NCBI RefSeq assembly: GCF_964355755.1
Contig: NC_092670.1
Location: forward strand, 32,104,388 to 32,168,387
From: Antedon mediterranea
Taxonomy: Eukaryota; Animalia; Echinodermata
Reading direction: 5' to 3'
DNA: 64,000 nt
The position numbers and the translations under genes were made by a program. Every line of letters starts with the position of its first letter. Position 1 is the stretch's first letter. This document shows, piece after piece, positions 49,479-63,869 of this stretch. The notes below the pieces were generated by a model. That model saw only the letters and a list, made by a program, of their open reading frames with translations, had not been told where the DNA came from and did not search any database.

Positions 49479-50966
49479 GATAAATAATTGAACTGAACAA
49501 ATACTGGTAAAATAGAACTCAAAATAAATAAATTTTCTATGATCATTGCATATACCTGTACAAGGGTAGCAGCTGGATTTAGTATGATTTTAAATTGTTT
49601 ATATTTTAAAACAACTCGTTTGATTCTTGAAATACTATTGGGGGGGGGGGGGATGGGTAGACTTGCCCCAAGTCTGTATTTATTGTCTTTGTTATGTGTT
49701 GTTAGTCCACCAGTCGGCTTTCTGATTTTTGCCTGGAAAATACATTGTGATTGTAAGCGCAAGTATTATGCGTATGAAACGCCATATGTGCCAAAATATT
49801 TATCTTTTTGATAATTCTGGTGGTGGAACAAGTCTTCTCGGATAAGGACTATAAACTGTAGGCCCAGTGTGTCAGTTAGAACCTGTGTGCACAGAACCCA
49901 GTTCATCATACGAGATGAGTAGGGTGTTACCCAGGTGAACTGGTTCACAAAATAGGGACAGCGACAATGTGCCATAACGTGCGAGTGTCCGCAACCCATA
50001 TCAGGGGGATTGCCACCTATCTGATAGGACAGTGATTAATTTACTATTGGTAATCCTTGGCCACTTATAAAAAGAAATATTAATTCGAAACACGGTCAAG
50101 AACCTATACTGAGGTATAACTGTAGACTGTAGCATGCCATACCTGGTTTTGACAGTACTCGTCATCTACAAGAAATGAGTAATGTAGTGTATTTAGCATA
50201 ACAGACAGTTAATGCACAGCTTTCAAATAACCAACCGAACATCGTTTTTTAAGTCAAATATTTTATTCAGTATGTATTCAGTATTTTACAACTGGTTTAA
50301 ATATACAATTTTCTTCAATGGGAAAAACGTGAAGTACATCTTTATTTCAACTTGTTTAGTTATGGCGTGTAATAAATTAATTACAGTACATTACAAACCG
50401 ACTGCCCAACAAAAACTATGAAGCTTGTTTTACAAAAGGTTATAACGTCATACTTTTTATATGTATTCAGTATTAAAGTATATTCTACTTATATTAATAA
50501 TTAACATTTATATAAATATATTTACTTTACTCTTTCTTATGTATTGTATTAAAAACAAAATGGTTTATGTAGTAGGCTACTGTATTGTATTTCTACTGCT
50601 GAAATATAAAATTTAGTAAATTAATTAAAGTACTGTGTAATTATTTCGATATTATAAGTTATTATTTCTTAAATGTTATTTAGTCCGATTGTATTGAATA
50701 AATTAATACAATATTTGTTTTTGTATACATACTATATTTTAACAGAATCTTTAATTTATAATTGTTGTCTTATTCGGCGCCCCGTAAGCTAACACATACA
50801 TTACTAACCAACGCAAATAAGAGTATGGTATAAAATTCCGTTTTCTTATGATGTGAAACAGGGTGGGTGTATTGATTGAATATACGCTCCTTTGAAAACC
50901 TAATGTACGGAAGCCCTTTCGGGCCACTTATCTTTATAATTAATATAAAACAAATAATAATAAGTG

Positions 50967-53900
50967 TTACAGTATTTCACTTTTAACCATGATATGCCTG
51001 CCGCCATCAATCGGTAAACGCACACCAGTAATAAATGACGAATCATCTGATATAAGGAATGCAATTGCTTTGGTTACTTCTGCCATTTCTCCGTGTCGAC
51101 ACATCGCATGACCAATTCTACTAGCATTCTCCACCTGGATATTGAACAGAAAGATACACCGAGAGTTATTTGAAAATAAATACATTACTATGATTCCTAT
51201 AAAAATAGCGCGAGAATGTTGACGGAAAGAGGCAGACAGAGAGTACAGTATTAGGCCTACTATATTAGTATTACAGGTATTAATGTTAGTAGTCTGCGCA
51301 TGCATAAGCCGCATCGTTTTCGTTCATTATCGATTTTCGCCCGCTGCCGCCCCGAAATGAAAGCTAGCTGCTATATTATACAAGATTATTAAAGATCATG
51401 TATTCACACTTCTTTGCGCGTAAGTTGTAATTATTGTTCAAAATAATTCTTTAAAACAAAGATCTGACGGATGCCACTAATATAAAAATTAAATTTTAAC
51501 TGAGGACGTGGAAAAACAATACGGATAAATATTCTTATGTTCTGTCCACAATATCACACTTTATGTGGCAAACATGTGATTTGTCCATATATGGACTTGA
51601 TGACGTCATATCACTATCATATTTGGGTGTATCACTACCATATTAGTGCACATTACACTTTTTTTTGTCAAAGTAGTTTGATAGTGTAGACAGAGCTTTA
51701 ATAATTGCGATAATAAGGGATTCGTAGAATTGCCATTAATAAGATTTACTGTAAAACGTTGTTTTATATCTGACGTCATTTAAGGGTTGACAGAGGAGAC
51801 TCGTATTCCCCAGTCAGTGTTTCATTAATGGGCTTTCATTAGATATTTCAGTAGAGTCATTATTATTGTTTCTAAATATTAATAGCAGCTTGCAGAGAGA
51901 CACAATTCATTACTTTTAACAGTAATATCAATATTATCATTATTCATCAAAACGAAAAACCAGATTCGAAAGTGAATGTAGAACATCAAATTACAAATTA
52001 GAATAGGCTAAGCGTGCTACGTCATAACCATATAATTTTTTTTATTCGTACGATCATTTTCCCGAAAATGATTAGGGTAATGAGTTTTCGTAGTAAACTC
52101 CACAATGTTTTAACGATAATTGTTTTGTTTTAATAATTAGAACAGCTCCCACCCCTACTCAGGATAAGAAGCCCTCACCATTTGAATACTTGAGCTTGGT
52201 TCCCACTAGAATGTAACGCAAGGACGTAAACGCAACGCAAGCGTGTTAACCAATGACAAGCAACAGTTCGAATAATCCATTGCTTGTGATTGGTCAATTC
52301 ACTTACGTTGCGTTACGTCCTTGTATTGCGTCTCTTGTGGGAACCAAGCATAAGGGAAAACTCAATTAAGGCGGACACTGAACAAGCGGTATATGTTTTA
52401 AAGCCACTACTCACATCATGTCAAGGGACACTACTTTTTGTAGTTCCCGAAGGTGTATTTTGACAGTTTTGAAAGTTCTTCAGTCACATTGACGTGACCA
52501 GTCTGTCAATTCCTTATATGGCAACTTGTAACATTGGATATTTTGCGAAAGCAATGCGGTGAATACATTCGCAATGCTATTTGATAATAATGGCAAAGTC
52601 TCAAATTAGCAAATGAGAAATCACTTTGAAATGCACTGTGATACACTTTATTACTAATGTTTTACGGGTTAATAAATCCATTTTTAAAAGTGTGTTATGG
52701 TTTGTCATTCTCTAACTTACCTGTTCCAAAGTATAGCCGAGTGTATCATATAGCGGAGTAATTATCACTCCAGGGCTGTGAATGTAGAAACAACAGGCCA
52801 TAAAAGAAGCCGCTCGCAATAATGTGAACAATAACTTGAATTAAACGGAGACAATTAATATGTCTTGATTAAATACCATTAGGAATGCAGTGACGCAACG
52901 TTTTTAGATCAATGTACAGGCTACAGGTTTGATTAAATATGCTATGCTAGCTATAAATAACACAGACTGGAATTAGTATAGAAATTTCCTTGAAAATGTT
53001 CAATTCATATTCAATTCATATTCATAGAAAAGTTAAATATTATGGAGCTTTCGATTTGCGACGACTTACGCATTCTGTTGTCACTTGTCGTCGTCTTAAC
53101 AAAACTACCAAAACTGTGTCGAGTATATATAGTGGGCACAATGAATTAACTTGACCTAACATTGTGTATTAGGTGTCGTCGTTGCAAATCGAATGCTCTC
53201 TGCTGAGATATTGACCCTTTTTAAACCGATGATAGAAAAAAACCAATAGAACAGACAATCCCATTCCCCATTATATTGTTGTATAGTATTAGATTTGTTC
53301 CTGGTGGTGGCAAATGTTTTTAAACGTGTCCTACAGGAGCAAAAGTTTGACCCAGTCTTCCTATCTGATTTTTGGGAATGAGTGTCATAAGTGTGATGTC
53401 TATCAATGCATAAGTCGAACTTTTACAGTACCAATTGTAAGTTCAATGGCAACGAAATCAAAATGTAATGGCCTTAAAGAAGAAGAAAATCAACTTACTT
53501 GACAGCGTTTACACGTATTTGATGTTTCGCCAAATCTAAAAATAAACAACATTGATTAAAGAGTATTTTTCTATTATAGTGAAATGCTTGCTCTATTATA
53601 TAGGCCTAACATTATACAACACTAATAATGTGGGATTGTTAGAGTTCCATTGGTGTTTTTCTATCATCGGTTTCCGAATCGGAAGAAAGGGTCTCAGCAG
53701 AGAGAGCATTGTATGTATGGTTATCTTAATGTTGCGACGATTTCAAAATAAAATATGTCAATTGTATTTGTGAAATGTTTGCATATTTTTAAACATGCAG
53801 AGTTTTATACGCATATCTTAATAACGACGACGACATGGTGTTTCTCTGTTTTGTTTCTATAGGCCTACCCATTATTTTATCTTTTGTTTAAAAAGACACA

Positions 53901-56900
53901 AATTCCACTGTAATTGTGTAAACTAACCACATCATTACACAGAATTATAGAAAATAGTTGGTCTCAGTATGAGAACCGACGTTAAACCATTTTCCCCAGG
54001 AACTGACCTTTAGGCTTAAGACGCGAGAATGACCATTGGCTATGATTGAATACTCTTATATAGATAACTACTAATTACTACTAGGCCGCAAGACGTGGGT
54101 TATGCTGTTTGACATTTTCCTTTACCTAAGGCCGCATTTCAGCCACTGAAAATGGCCTGCTTACAATATTATTCATAAAAATCTATATTTTGACATCCGG
54201 AAATTGACTAATTGCTATGACAGACAAATAATATGTATAATGTGTAATATTGACAGCTAAAGGTGTAAATCGTTTAAAAATGACGTTAAATTCAAAATTA
54301 TTTATTATTAATTTATACATATTTCGATGTAAAGGAACAAGGCCATATAGATGGCTGCAGGCGCGTGACGTGCTCAAGTTAGTGTTTACCAACCAACCGA
54401 CCGACCAACCGACCTATCAACCTACCAACCGATCGATCAACCGACCGAAATTGCTGAACATGTTTAAAAATGTTTAAAAACATTTATATTTTTCACTTTT
54501 CACGTGGTCGTATAACGTAATTTCGATTTGAAAAGTAAGTCAAGAAAACAGAAATCGGTCAAAAAGAGTGCGTATTAACATTTAACGCTCAGTACGCGTG
54601 CAAAAACTGCGCACTCATGGCAATTTTTTAAACGCTTAAAATTGCCTGAAACGTACTCTTATTTCATCGAAAATAAATGTTGACAATTTGGAAAATTTTA
54701 AGCGCGCGTACGCATGCGTTACATGCGCTACGCACGTAATTGTATTGCCATTATGATGATTTATGCCCTGAAATTTATAAGTACCCAATTTTATTTGTGA
54801 TTCATGCTTGATTACAAACGTGATTTCGTTAAATCGTGCGTAGACCGCGTAATTTTTTATTGCGCACCGTGAAAACACAACCACGTTGATTCCTGGCCAT
54901 AAGGAATATACTGTAAAAAATTGACTTAGCTAGATTAAACTGATATCAAGATAAGGTCATATAGAAGTTATTGTTTACCAACCGACCAACCGACCAACCA
55001 ACCGACATAGTGAGCTGTAAAGTCGCGTTGCACGCGACTAAAAACGAACTATAACAAGGTCATATACATGGCTGCAGTCGCGTGCGCAAAGTTGAGTTAG
55101 TGTTTACCGACTGACCGACCGACACGACTAAAACTAATTTGAAAACTTTATCTGAATTCAATGTACATCAGGGAAGAGTGTTCACTCTTCCCTGACGTGT
55201 AGGCCTACATGTAGTATAGGCCTATATAAGGTAATGTTCATAAACTGACGAAATTGTACTGACACTTTTTACTACTGGTTTAAAATGTTTGAACATTATC
55301 ATAACAACTTTCGTGATTGAAATGTAGGCCTATATCGGGTACAGATGACATAAATATCTAAAATTAAATAGTATTTTAGCTGATGAATCTCAGTCTCTAC
55401 AATAAGTTAGTAGTTACCAGATCTGGAAGATTAACAACAGTTCTGCAGCTAAAACAAATAGACATAAATTTTCATTCTTACCTAGCGCTATTAGTCTATA
55501 CAACAATGAGTTCTAAGGATAGGTCATTAGGTCTGTTGTATTTTATATTGCTTGATCAGTTGTTAAGTTCCATGTTGATCATGAATCTAAATATTATGTG
55601 TGTATTTGTGCGTTTTTCTGCCAAGAAAACAATTATATTTGTACTATATTATTATATGAATGACTTAATAACTCGAATCTGAATCTGATCTGAAAACTAT
55701 ACTAGGTATAGTCAGTGTATGACCAGGATGTACGTCATTTTGCATGGCAGTCATAATATTTCCAAATTAATAAGTCATATTACGATAAATAATATGTTTT
55801 GCTGTATTGTGCTCAGTAAATAAACATAGATTTGTGTGATACTCCGAGAAAGTCTTAACTTAATTAATGATACCTTGGAATAATAACAAGACCAGATATT
55901 TAGGATTGTGTTTTGTTGCCGACTTGAATTAGTTATGGAAAATATACTGTATGCATAATTAAAATGTAGTAATATCGTTAACTCAAGGTCGTATTTTTAA
56001 AATAATTCTTATTAATCTTCAATTGGAAATACAAAGACAAAAGACAAATACTAAATACACTATCACCGGCCTGCGAATAGTTAAAGAGGGTTGTTTGGTA
56101 GAAGTATTTTAAAAAGTCTTTATGTTGAGAGAGGATGTACGAGTATGTTGAATATAAAAGTATTTAAGTTGTTTAACTATAAATGAATGCAATGTAACGT
56201 ACTGAAACGTACTATTAAAATTATATCATAACAAAATATTTTTAATTAAATATATAAAAGGAAATTTAGATATTGCTGCAGTGGCGTAAACGGCTCACTG
56301 GCTAAACCCAGGGGCACCAGAGCCTCTGGGGCCCCTGAGCCTCTGGGGCCCCAGAGCCTCTGGGGCCCCAGAGCCTCAGGGGCACCAGAGCCTCAGAGGC
56401 ACCAGAGCCTCAGGGGCACCAGAGCCTCTGGGGCACCAGAGCCTCTGGGGCACCAGAGCCTCTGGGGCACCAGAGCCTCTGGGGCACCAGAACCTCTGGG
56501 GCACCAGAGCAGGAAATCCATTACATTACTGTTACAATTATTTTAATAAATGTGGCATTAGACTATACGACCATAAAACAGCTAATATATGTGAACTAGG
56601 AAGTAATTAGTTGTAAATAGCATTCATATGTATAATTCAAATGTTCGACGATAACTCAATACTGTAATACAATAATTTTTGTTTTAAATTTTAATCATTT
56701 TAACTGTATTTAAAATGGCAATTTGATGTATTTGTCTTGTAGTTTTATTGTCTTAATTACGCCAAGCAAAATGAATTTCCATTTTAAATGGACCGATAAC
56801 ATTTCTTGAATCTTAAATCTTGAAAATATACAAAAAATTCAAAATAACTCACCGGCTGCTAAGTTCGAAGTAAACTTATCCAAACCCGCCTTAGCCATGC

Positions 56901-59900
56901 TGTAGATAGGGTTGTAATCGGTCTGTAAGAATAATTATTATGGATCATTACATGATGCTAAGCATTATCTTTTCTAGAATGGTTGGAAGGAATCTACATA
57001 GTATTTAACTGTAGCACATGCTACAATAACATACAAGCGATAACATATTTATTTCATGTACATTTTAACGTAACGAGAGAGATCGCGGTCATAATAAAAT
57101 AGTTTATTGTAATGTTGCTAAAATCTTACCGATACTAAACTAGCCACACTAGAAACATTGACAATGCAACCTGTAGAATAAAAACGTAATTTAAATAAAG
57201 TAATATGCGAGCCCAGCAATCGAGTATTAACGATGTAGTGTCCCCTCCCCTCCCCCCTCCCCATAAAACATACAAAAATGAAGATTAATAATAAAAAGAC
57301 TTCGAATAGGCCATTTCACAGTTAAATCAAGTAAACCAAAACCCCATTGACTTCCTGTCAATTTGACTTTTCCAGATAATTATTATTTTATTATTTTAAT
57401 TACATTTAAATCAAATTTTGGTCAAAATTACTAACTGTTATTTGACATTAATATGGAATATTCAACAAGAACATTGAAAAATATATTTATCTTGAAACGT
57501 TTGTATATTCAACAGAAGACTGTCAATATATACCTAGTGAATAATCAGTAAAGATTGAATATTGTTGCATTTACTGAAACATCTACATTTTTGCTATGTG
57601 TGGAGTACAATTCTGACGTAATTTCAAAACCACTATTTTTAATGAAAGTGTTTCAATGTAAAATATAATACAACAAGCAATTCTTAGAAATTCTTGAATA
57701 AAATATTTATATAACATAAACATAGTATCATGTGTTCATTAAGTAATAAGATCAAATACCTTTAGTTTCGATTAAATATGGTATCAGAAGCTTGGTGATG
57801 TAGATCACAGAACGAAGATTTAAATTCATCACTTTGTCAAAAGTGGACATTTTTAACGTTTGCATATTTCCAGGACACGGAATACCAGCATTGTTTACCT
57901 ATGAATTACAAACAGATCATGATACAACAGTCAAGATTTATTTAATTTAGAAAATATAAGTAACTATTATAATATTATGTACATATGTCTATCTGTATCT
58001 CTATTTCTCTCCACGTTCTCTATATTTCTTTCCATGTTCCCTATAAGTTCTCTCACTTGTACTGATGAAAAGGTAATGTTACATGAAAGCTCTTCAATTT
58101 CTTTTTATCTTTTTGCTTATTTTATTTTGTGTCTCTATTGAAATGCAACCACTGCTACCCACAGCATTTTCAGTAATTTGCCTTTTGGTTTATTATATAA
58201 GAAACATATAATCAATATATTTGTTATGAAAGTTGATAAGGATTGTTACTATAATTAATAATAGTGAAGGATACAAATTCAAAATCCACGTCCAAATGTT
58301 ACATCCAAAGTAACAGCCTGTATATATTTTTATTTTTTATATTTGATAATCAAACTCAAAATGAAAGCTAACCCCAAACGAATCATTAAAACAGTAAGTT
58401 TAGGCCTACTATTGAAAGAAAGGTTATAAAAGTATATTAAACATTTCAAATTTTAGATCAAGATTTTAAGCTGGTGAATCAACAACAATAGAGTTTAAAC
58501 ATTTGGGCTCCACCACTCGGTTATTTGAAAGATCTTTAGGCCTATATTTTGTAGTCTGTATAGAGTAGAACTCATTGAATTCAAATGTTTAAAAATATGG
58601 TTACCAATCCATAGATAGATCCGAAGAAGTCAACCGTTTGTTTCACAATCCTTTCGACGTCTTCATCACTACACATGTCGCCTTGAACAACAAGAATCTA
58701 TGTATACAAGTATACAACAGAAAAGATTAAAACATAATCCTAATCGAAAATAAAGATAATTAAAGATGGAATGTCATTTGCAATTAAGATAATGAAGACA
58801 AGGTTTAGTTTTTAATTAGCATTATGGACTTTTTATGGCTTTCAGAAAATTATCAATAATTGCCTATCAATATCTGTAATTCCAAAATTCGTTCGTAATT
58901 AAAAGAAGAATGAATCTCTTTTTGTTTATAGCTGGTACCTAAACTATCTTGGCTGTTTTGCCTTCAGTACGTGTTCTTATCATATCATATCATTTATTTC
59001 GCCAAACAAAGTACAAAGTAAGACATAAAACACTACAACAGTAAATTAATGAGGCACGATCACCTAAAAGTTATTAATAAAAAATAACCGTCGAGAGGCT
59101 CTCCACAGAGAAATGCTTACCTAAAATGAATTACACACATAAAAACATGCTTAGAGGTCACCATAATTCTACTATTCTACTACTGTGGTTACGCCATTTT
59201 GCTTACTCTTTCTTTATGCAAATAATTAGCAGGTATTTGGGTACTCATCAACATTAAAACAAAATTAAATATCAGTCAGTAGAATAATGAATGACCGTAA
59301 TGATACTTTACTAGTCGGCTAAGAATCAACAACAAACTGCTTCTAATAAATACCACTTCTGTACAATTTCAGTAAGACTAAAGCTAAACGTTAAATTAAA
59401 CCACTTAATGATTAACATTATTATATCAGAAATTAAGGGAACCAACTTGGTCTTCTTTCAGTCCCTCTTGAATACATTTGTCTTTCACTCCATTAAGTCT
59501 TTCTAGGTTTCTTCCAGTAAGGGACAGTTGATAACCACGTGAAGCAAGCTCACTTGCAGTTCCCTCTCCTATGCCAGAACTGGCACCTAAAAAATAGAAA
59601 TAATTAAACGATTCATCATAAAACGAGTGCAGTGTCTTACAATGAGAATAAGTGTATCCAGCCAGACCCGACAGACGAAAAGGGCGGGAATACATTGACG
59701 TACTGACACATCAGTATATATCGCCTAAATGGATAGTGATGGAGAAACGATTCGGGTGACTGGTAGAATAGGCCTAACAGTGATAATTAGCATACTAAGC
59801 AGGCAACACTTCTGTGGATGTTAGGTTTTTTTCTTTAATCTAGATTTTAAAATGTTGTATGTGATTATAATACCGTTAAGCTTGGTTCTCACTAGAACGT

Positions 59901-60512
59901 AACGCAAGGACGTAAACGCAACGCAAGCGTTTTAACCAATGACAATTAGCAAGTTATAGACAGTTAGTAGACTTGCCCCAAGTCTGTATTGTTTTTTTTT
60001 TTATTTATTTGTTTTTATTTCGACCGCGATTTTTGTTATCCAAACTCAAGTAATACACGTATGAAACGCCATATGTGCAAAAATATTTATATTTTTACTA
60101 ATATTAAGAAAAAACTCCGTCTGGAGCCCAGACTAAGACAGTTAGCAATCACAAGCGAATAAGCCATCGCTTGTGATTGGTCAAATCACTTGCGTTGCGT
60201 TACGTCCTTGTGTTGCGTCGCTAGTGGGAACCACGCTTTAAAGGTCAATTTACACAGACGAGCGGTAACGGTAATAACAATATAGAATCTGTGTTATTCT
60301 TTATTACTATTTAGGCTACACACAACGCAAACGATTGGTTTCCTTTCAAGATAGATACAAATTCTATGTAAATTGGCCTTTAATATTAAATTCTACAACA
60401 AGCCTGCAAACCATAACATCATTCAAAGCTTAGTGTTATAATTAAAGAAAATGATATGACAATAAGCCTATAATATACCTGTAATCAGAATAACCTTCCC
60501 TCTTGATGTCAT
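50967..60512 (-). CDS. Classical short-chain dehydrogenase/reductase (FabG / 3-oxoacyl-ACP reductase-like), 258 aa
   Basis: Exons 60479-60512, 59447-59586 (TGASSGIG), 58605-58697, 57760-57898 (VNNAG), 57130-57170 (NVSS), 56853-56922 (YSMAK), 53499-53535, 52721-52775 (NPG), 50967-51134 (ITG...DGG). Total 777 nt in frame. Confidence 0.92.
52193..52350. mobile_element. MITE of the ~180-bp Harbinger-like family
   Basis: agcttggttcccactag ... gtgggaaccaagc. Another diverged copy lies at ~36173-36320. Confidence 0.8.
54336..55045 (+). mobile_element. Helentron-associated (HINE-like) element
   Basis: Starts aacaaggccatatagatggc, contains (accr)n microsatellites, ends in hairpin agtcgcg-ttgca-cgcgact. 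Short derivatives at ~45098-45210 and ~55052-55135. Confidence 0.6.
56279..56510. repeat. 17-bp minisatellite (ggggcaccagagcctct)n inside a hAT-like MITE end
   Basis: Starts cagtggcgta...ctcactggctaaacccaggg, shared with the unamplified copy at ~3965-4040; about 12 units. Confidence 0.85.
58057..58190 (+). mobile_element. Older copy of the Penelope-like element with degenerate hammerhead
   Basis: ttgta CTGATGA ... GAAA gctc, then ccactgctacccacagcattttcagtaatttgccttt, matching the reverse complement of 43897-43970. Confidence 0.65.
59879..60237. mobile_element. ~180-bp Harbinger-like MITE interrupted by a 168-bp insertion (59968-60135)
   Basis: Host TSD tta/tta; the insertion is flanked by the 10-bp duplication agacagttag. 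Confidence 0.85.
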
Positions 60513-62927
60513 CACTGTGATAGTCTATGTGACGTCTTGATATACTAATTTCGTTCCGATTGTCTTCAGTTAATTCACAAGTGTAAATAACATATAAATC
60601 ACATACCAGCAGAATAGTACTATGATAGAACCCACCAACATGTGAATAAATTATTAGTTGTACTGGTATATGTTAAACGCCTTTATACGGTCCGAGGCTT
60701 TTGCGTTTTGCTTTCAACACGGCCCTACCCTTAAGTATATTATTCTCACTGTATATACGCTTAAAATGTTTGGTTATATTGCTAAATTCGTGTCTTCTTG
60801 CGTTTCATTTTTATGTTTACATTATTGTACAATTTATGTCCAAAGAAAATATAAGACTGTCATTATAATGCAAAGTTTCCAAATAATTGTGCCCTAAAGG
60901 TTTTTTAATTACCTGAATTGATTACATTACAAAACATAATGCTGATTTATTTTATTCGTAATAACGACAGACAGCGTGGCATCTCCTTACATACATGTTT
61001 TAAACGATATAGATACATACTAATGAAATGGGACAAGCTAAGGACTATTATTGTTAATAGTATATGTACATATTCAACTATATACATTAAATGAACCAAT
61101 TCGTTTTGATTATACCCGTATGATCGTTTTTCGGCTATAGGAAGTAAAATGTTCCATAGTAAATATGCAACACCGACGTGGAGTGGTGTCGGTAGATCTA
61201 TTCGCAAGTGACACATGAATGGCATTCAACGTTACACTTCATACCATTATATGATCTTTCACCACTCTTTCAGTTTTATTTAAAACTGCCGCGAATAAAA
61301 CTATCTACTAAAGTTGTACTAGACCTACAACTGAATAACTCGTGCACTCGAATATCCCATGTGCATGAATATTTCGTGTGCCAACTTGTGTGCATGGTTA
61401 TCTCGTGTGCATGAGAATATCTCGTATGCTAGAATATCTCGTGTACATGAGAATATCTCGTGTGCTCGAATATCTCGTGTTCTCGACTATCTCATGTGCT
61501 CAAATATCTCGTGCGCTCAAATGGTGTATTCGAATATCTCGTTTCCGGTCCTCGTATAATTCAGTGTGTACACGGATATAGGATTTCAACAGTATATAAG
61601 ACCCAATGTACATCCTAAATAAGCTGTATAAGATAAATTTAAAATGAGCTGTAAATTTCAATTGATATTGGTTTACGTTGCTTGGATCGTATTTATATCA
61701 CGTTGCTCTAATGTAACCATCATCATAAACCATTGTATTTTTTGTCTGAGATAAGTTTACTAGCCACAATTAGACGGAATTATCATACTGAAATCAAAGT
61801 CTATCAAACATGTTAGATAGATTAAGAAATGTGAGAAATATGCCAGATGGGCTAATCCTAAAGAAGTAAAACACTTTACAAAGAGACATTTTTAAAGTAC
61901 GCTATTTTCAACAAAAGAATTGGGTTTCACTTAAAAATTGAGATTTTTTAACAAGAGCAAACTAAAGAACTCGTAGGCGCGCCTACGTATATGTGTCCTT
62001 TTCACCTTCGATGAAATAAAGGCTGACTTAAGTGCATTAATATAAGGTTACATACAAAGGTAGGCCTACATTAAGTCGTACAAACTGTTTTTATGTTTTG
62101 GGGGTTTAAACGTAAAACATATATTAAATTGCCTAATCCTAAGTTCACAGATGTAATGGGCTTTGTATCTATTTTGCCACATTATCTCACAATAACTGCA
62201 TCAAAAATATGATTCATATTTCATAAACTGTACTTTAAATTGATTAAACCGACGCAAAGCGCTCCAAACATCGCTACGCGGTAAAATCAAAATAAGAAAG
62301 CGGGAGTTTATATCTACGGTGGCAATTAACTTTCAACCAACCATAAGCAGGTTTTATATCACACAGGCGGGGGAAAACACAATTATTGGAAGGGGTTTTC
62401 TAGATGGAACGCTTAAAGGGTAACTACTATACGAGGTGTTTTAAAAAAAGATAAATATAATGTTTGTAACATTGATAATATAACACTATTTATTTTGTCG
62501 ACGATGGTGAAGCAGATCAAGTGTTCATAATAAGTGTTTGGCATGAGTGGTGGTGCATGACTGTTTCGTAATGTTATAAGATAGACAAAGATTGACCTTC
62601 ATTTATGCTATACATGTTAAAGGTTAAAGGTTAACAAGAATATCAATCAACCATACATTTACAGTAACATTTTTTCAGTAAAAATAGTTACCCACTTTTT
62701 AAAATGACTTATTCTGTTTTACTGCTGTAAAAAAAGTGGGGTTATATTAAATATTTGTGGCAAACGTTGACATTTTATAATAAATAATATACCTGGAGCT
62801 ACCCCTTAATGAATGATAATAAACAAATCACAGAAACTTGATTTGTAATTTTCTACCAAGATTAGACACTTCACAAATATTTTATTACAAATTTTGCAGT
62901 TTCAAAAACACGTTGAAATCCTAGAGT

Positions 62928-63869
62928 TTAAATATCTCTTATTGTAACAGTGGTGGTATGTTGATTATTATTATTATTTGGTAAAGTTCGAAACATAAGT
63001 TTAAAATCCCGCAACATGTCACAAGCGCCCTCTCTGAACTCTGTTTGGCGCCCCCAATATATGAAAGGGTTTACAGCTGTGTTTATGGCATAAGATGCCC
63101 AGAATGTGTAAACATAATACGATATAAAATCGTTCGAAACATATTTATGTTCACATGATATAACATTTCCAATTTGGAGAAACATGTTTAACCACAAAAC
63201 TGCTACTATTGGTCCAAACACTTTTAACATACGCATGGCAGTGTGAATGTTGTCTTTATTGCGAACAGTTCTGCTAATGACAACAGTCTTTTTAGCGATT
63301 AGAAATATAGGTATGTACATAAAGCAAATTAAAGCCACAATTACCAGTATCACCGACCGTTCAAGATAGCAAAACTTCGGTCGAGCATAATGATCAAAAG
63401 CATTTATTATTGAAAAAATCCATATCAAAATAATATAAAATATTAAAGTTCGTTGGCTTGTGTATCGGGCATGTTTTAATGGAGTCACCACAGCTGAAAA
63501 TCTTTCCAAAGAAACAGCAAATATACTTAAAATGGATGCCATGATAACATAATCAAACATACACCAGACAGCAATTCCAATGATCCCCAACTCTCTATCG
63601 TTCAAAATGTGTTGATAGCCAAAAAACGCGTTCCAGAGAAATCCCCAAAACCCCGCCATACAATCAGCAACCGCTAAGTTAATAACAAAAGTATTATGTT
63701 TTTTGCGTAATTTTCGTTGACTAATCAGCACAACTATAGTAAATAAATTCGCACAGAATCCAATGACATCAATAACAGCGCACATTATGTACACAATGCG
63801 GCAATAAACAAATATATCAAATTCCCAATCAGGTTCTTCTTCTATATAACTTTCGTTAAATTTGATCAT
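62928..63869 (-). CDS. Intronless class A (rhodopsin-like) GPCR, orphan
   Basis: Seven hydrophobic segments; TM1 GFCANLF, TM2 NLAVAD, TM3 SLERF, TM4 W, TM7 NPFIY. Confidence 0.9.
   Translation of the reverse strand: MIKFNESYIEEEPDWEFDIFVYCRIVYIMCAVIDVIGFCANLFTIVVLISQRKLRKKHNTFVINLAVADCMAGFWGFLWNAFFGYQHILNDRELGIIGIAVWCMFDYVIMASILSIFAVSLERFSAVVTPLKHARYTSQRTLIFYIILIWIFSIINAFDHYARPKFCYLERSVILVIVALICFMYIPIFLIAKKTVVISRTVRNKDNIHTAMRMLKVFGPIVAVLWLNMFLQIGNVISCEHKYVSNDFISYYVYTFWASYAINTAVNPFIYWGRQTEFREGACDMLRDFKLMFRTLPNNNNNQHTTTVTIRDI

Noticed and set aside
55482-55532. Possible alternative SDR exon ending ...LIAL|gtaag
   Set aside because: It has stop codons in the compatible frames and no YxxxK motif.
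61335-61560. ORFs over (atatctcgtgtgc)-like repeats
   Set aside because: Degenerate subterminal repeats, probably from a DNA transposon remnant; not protein-coding.
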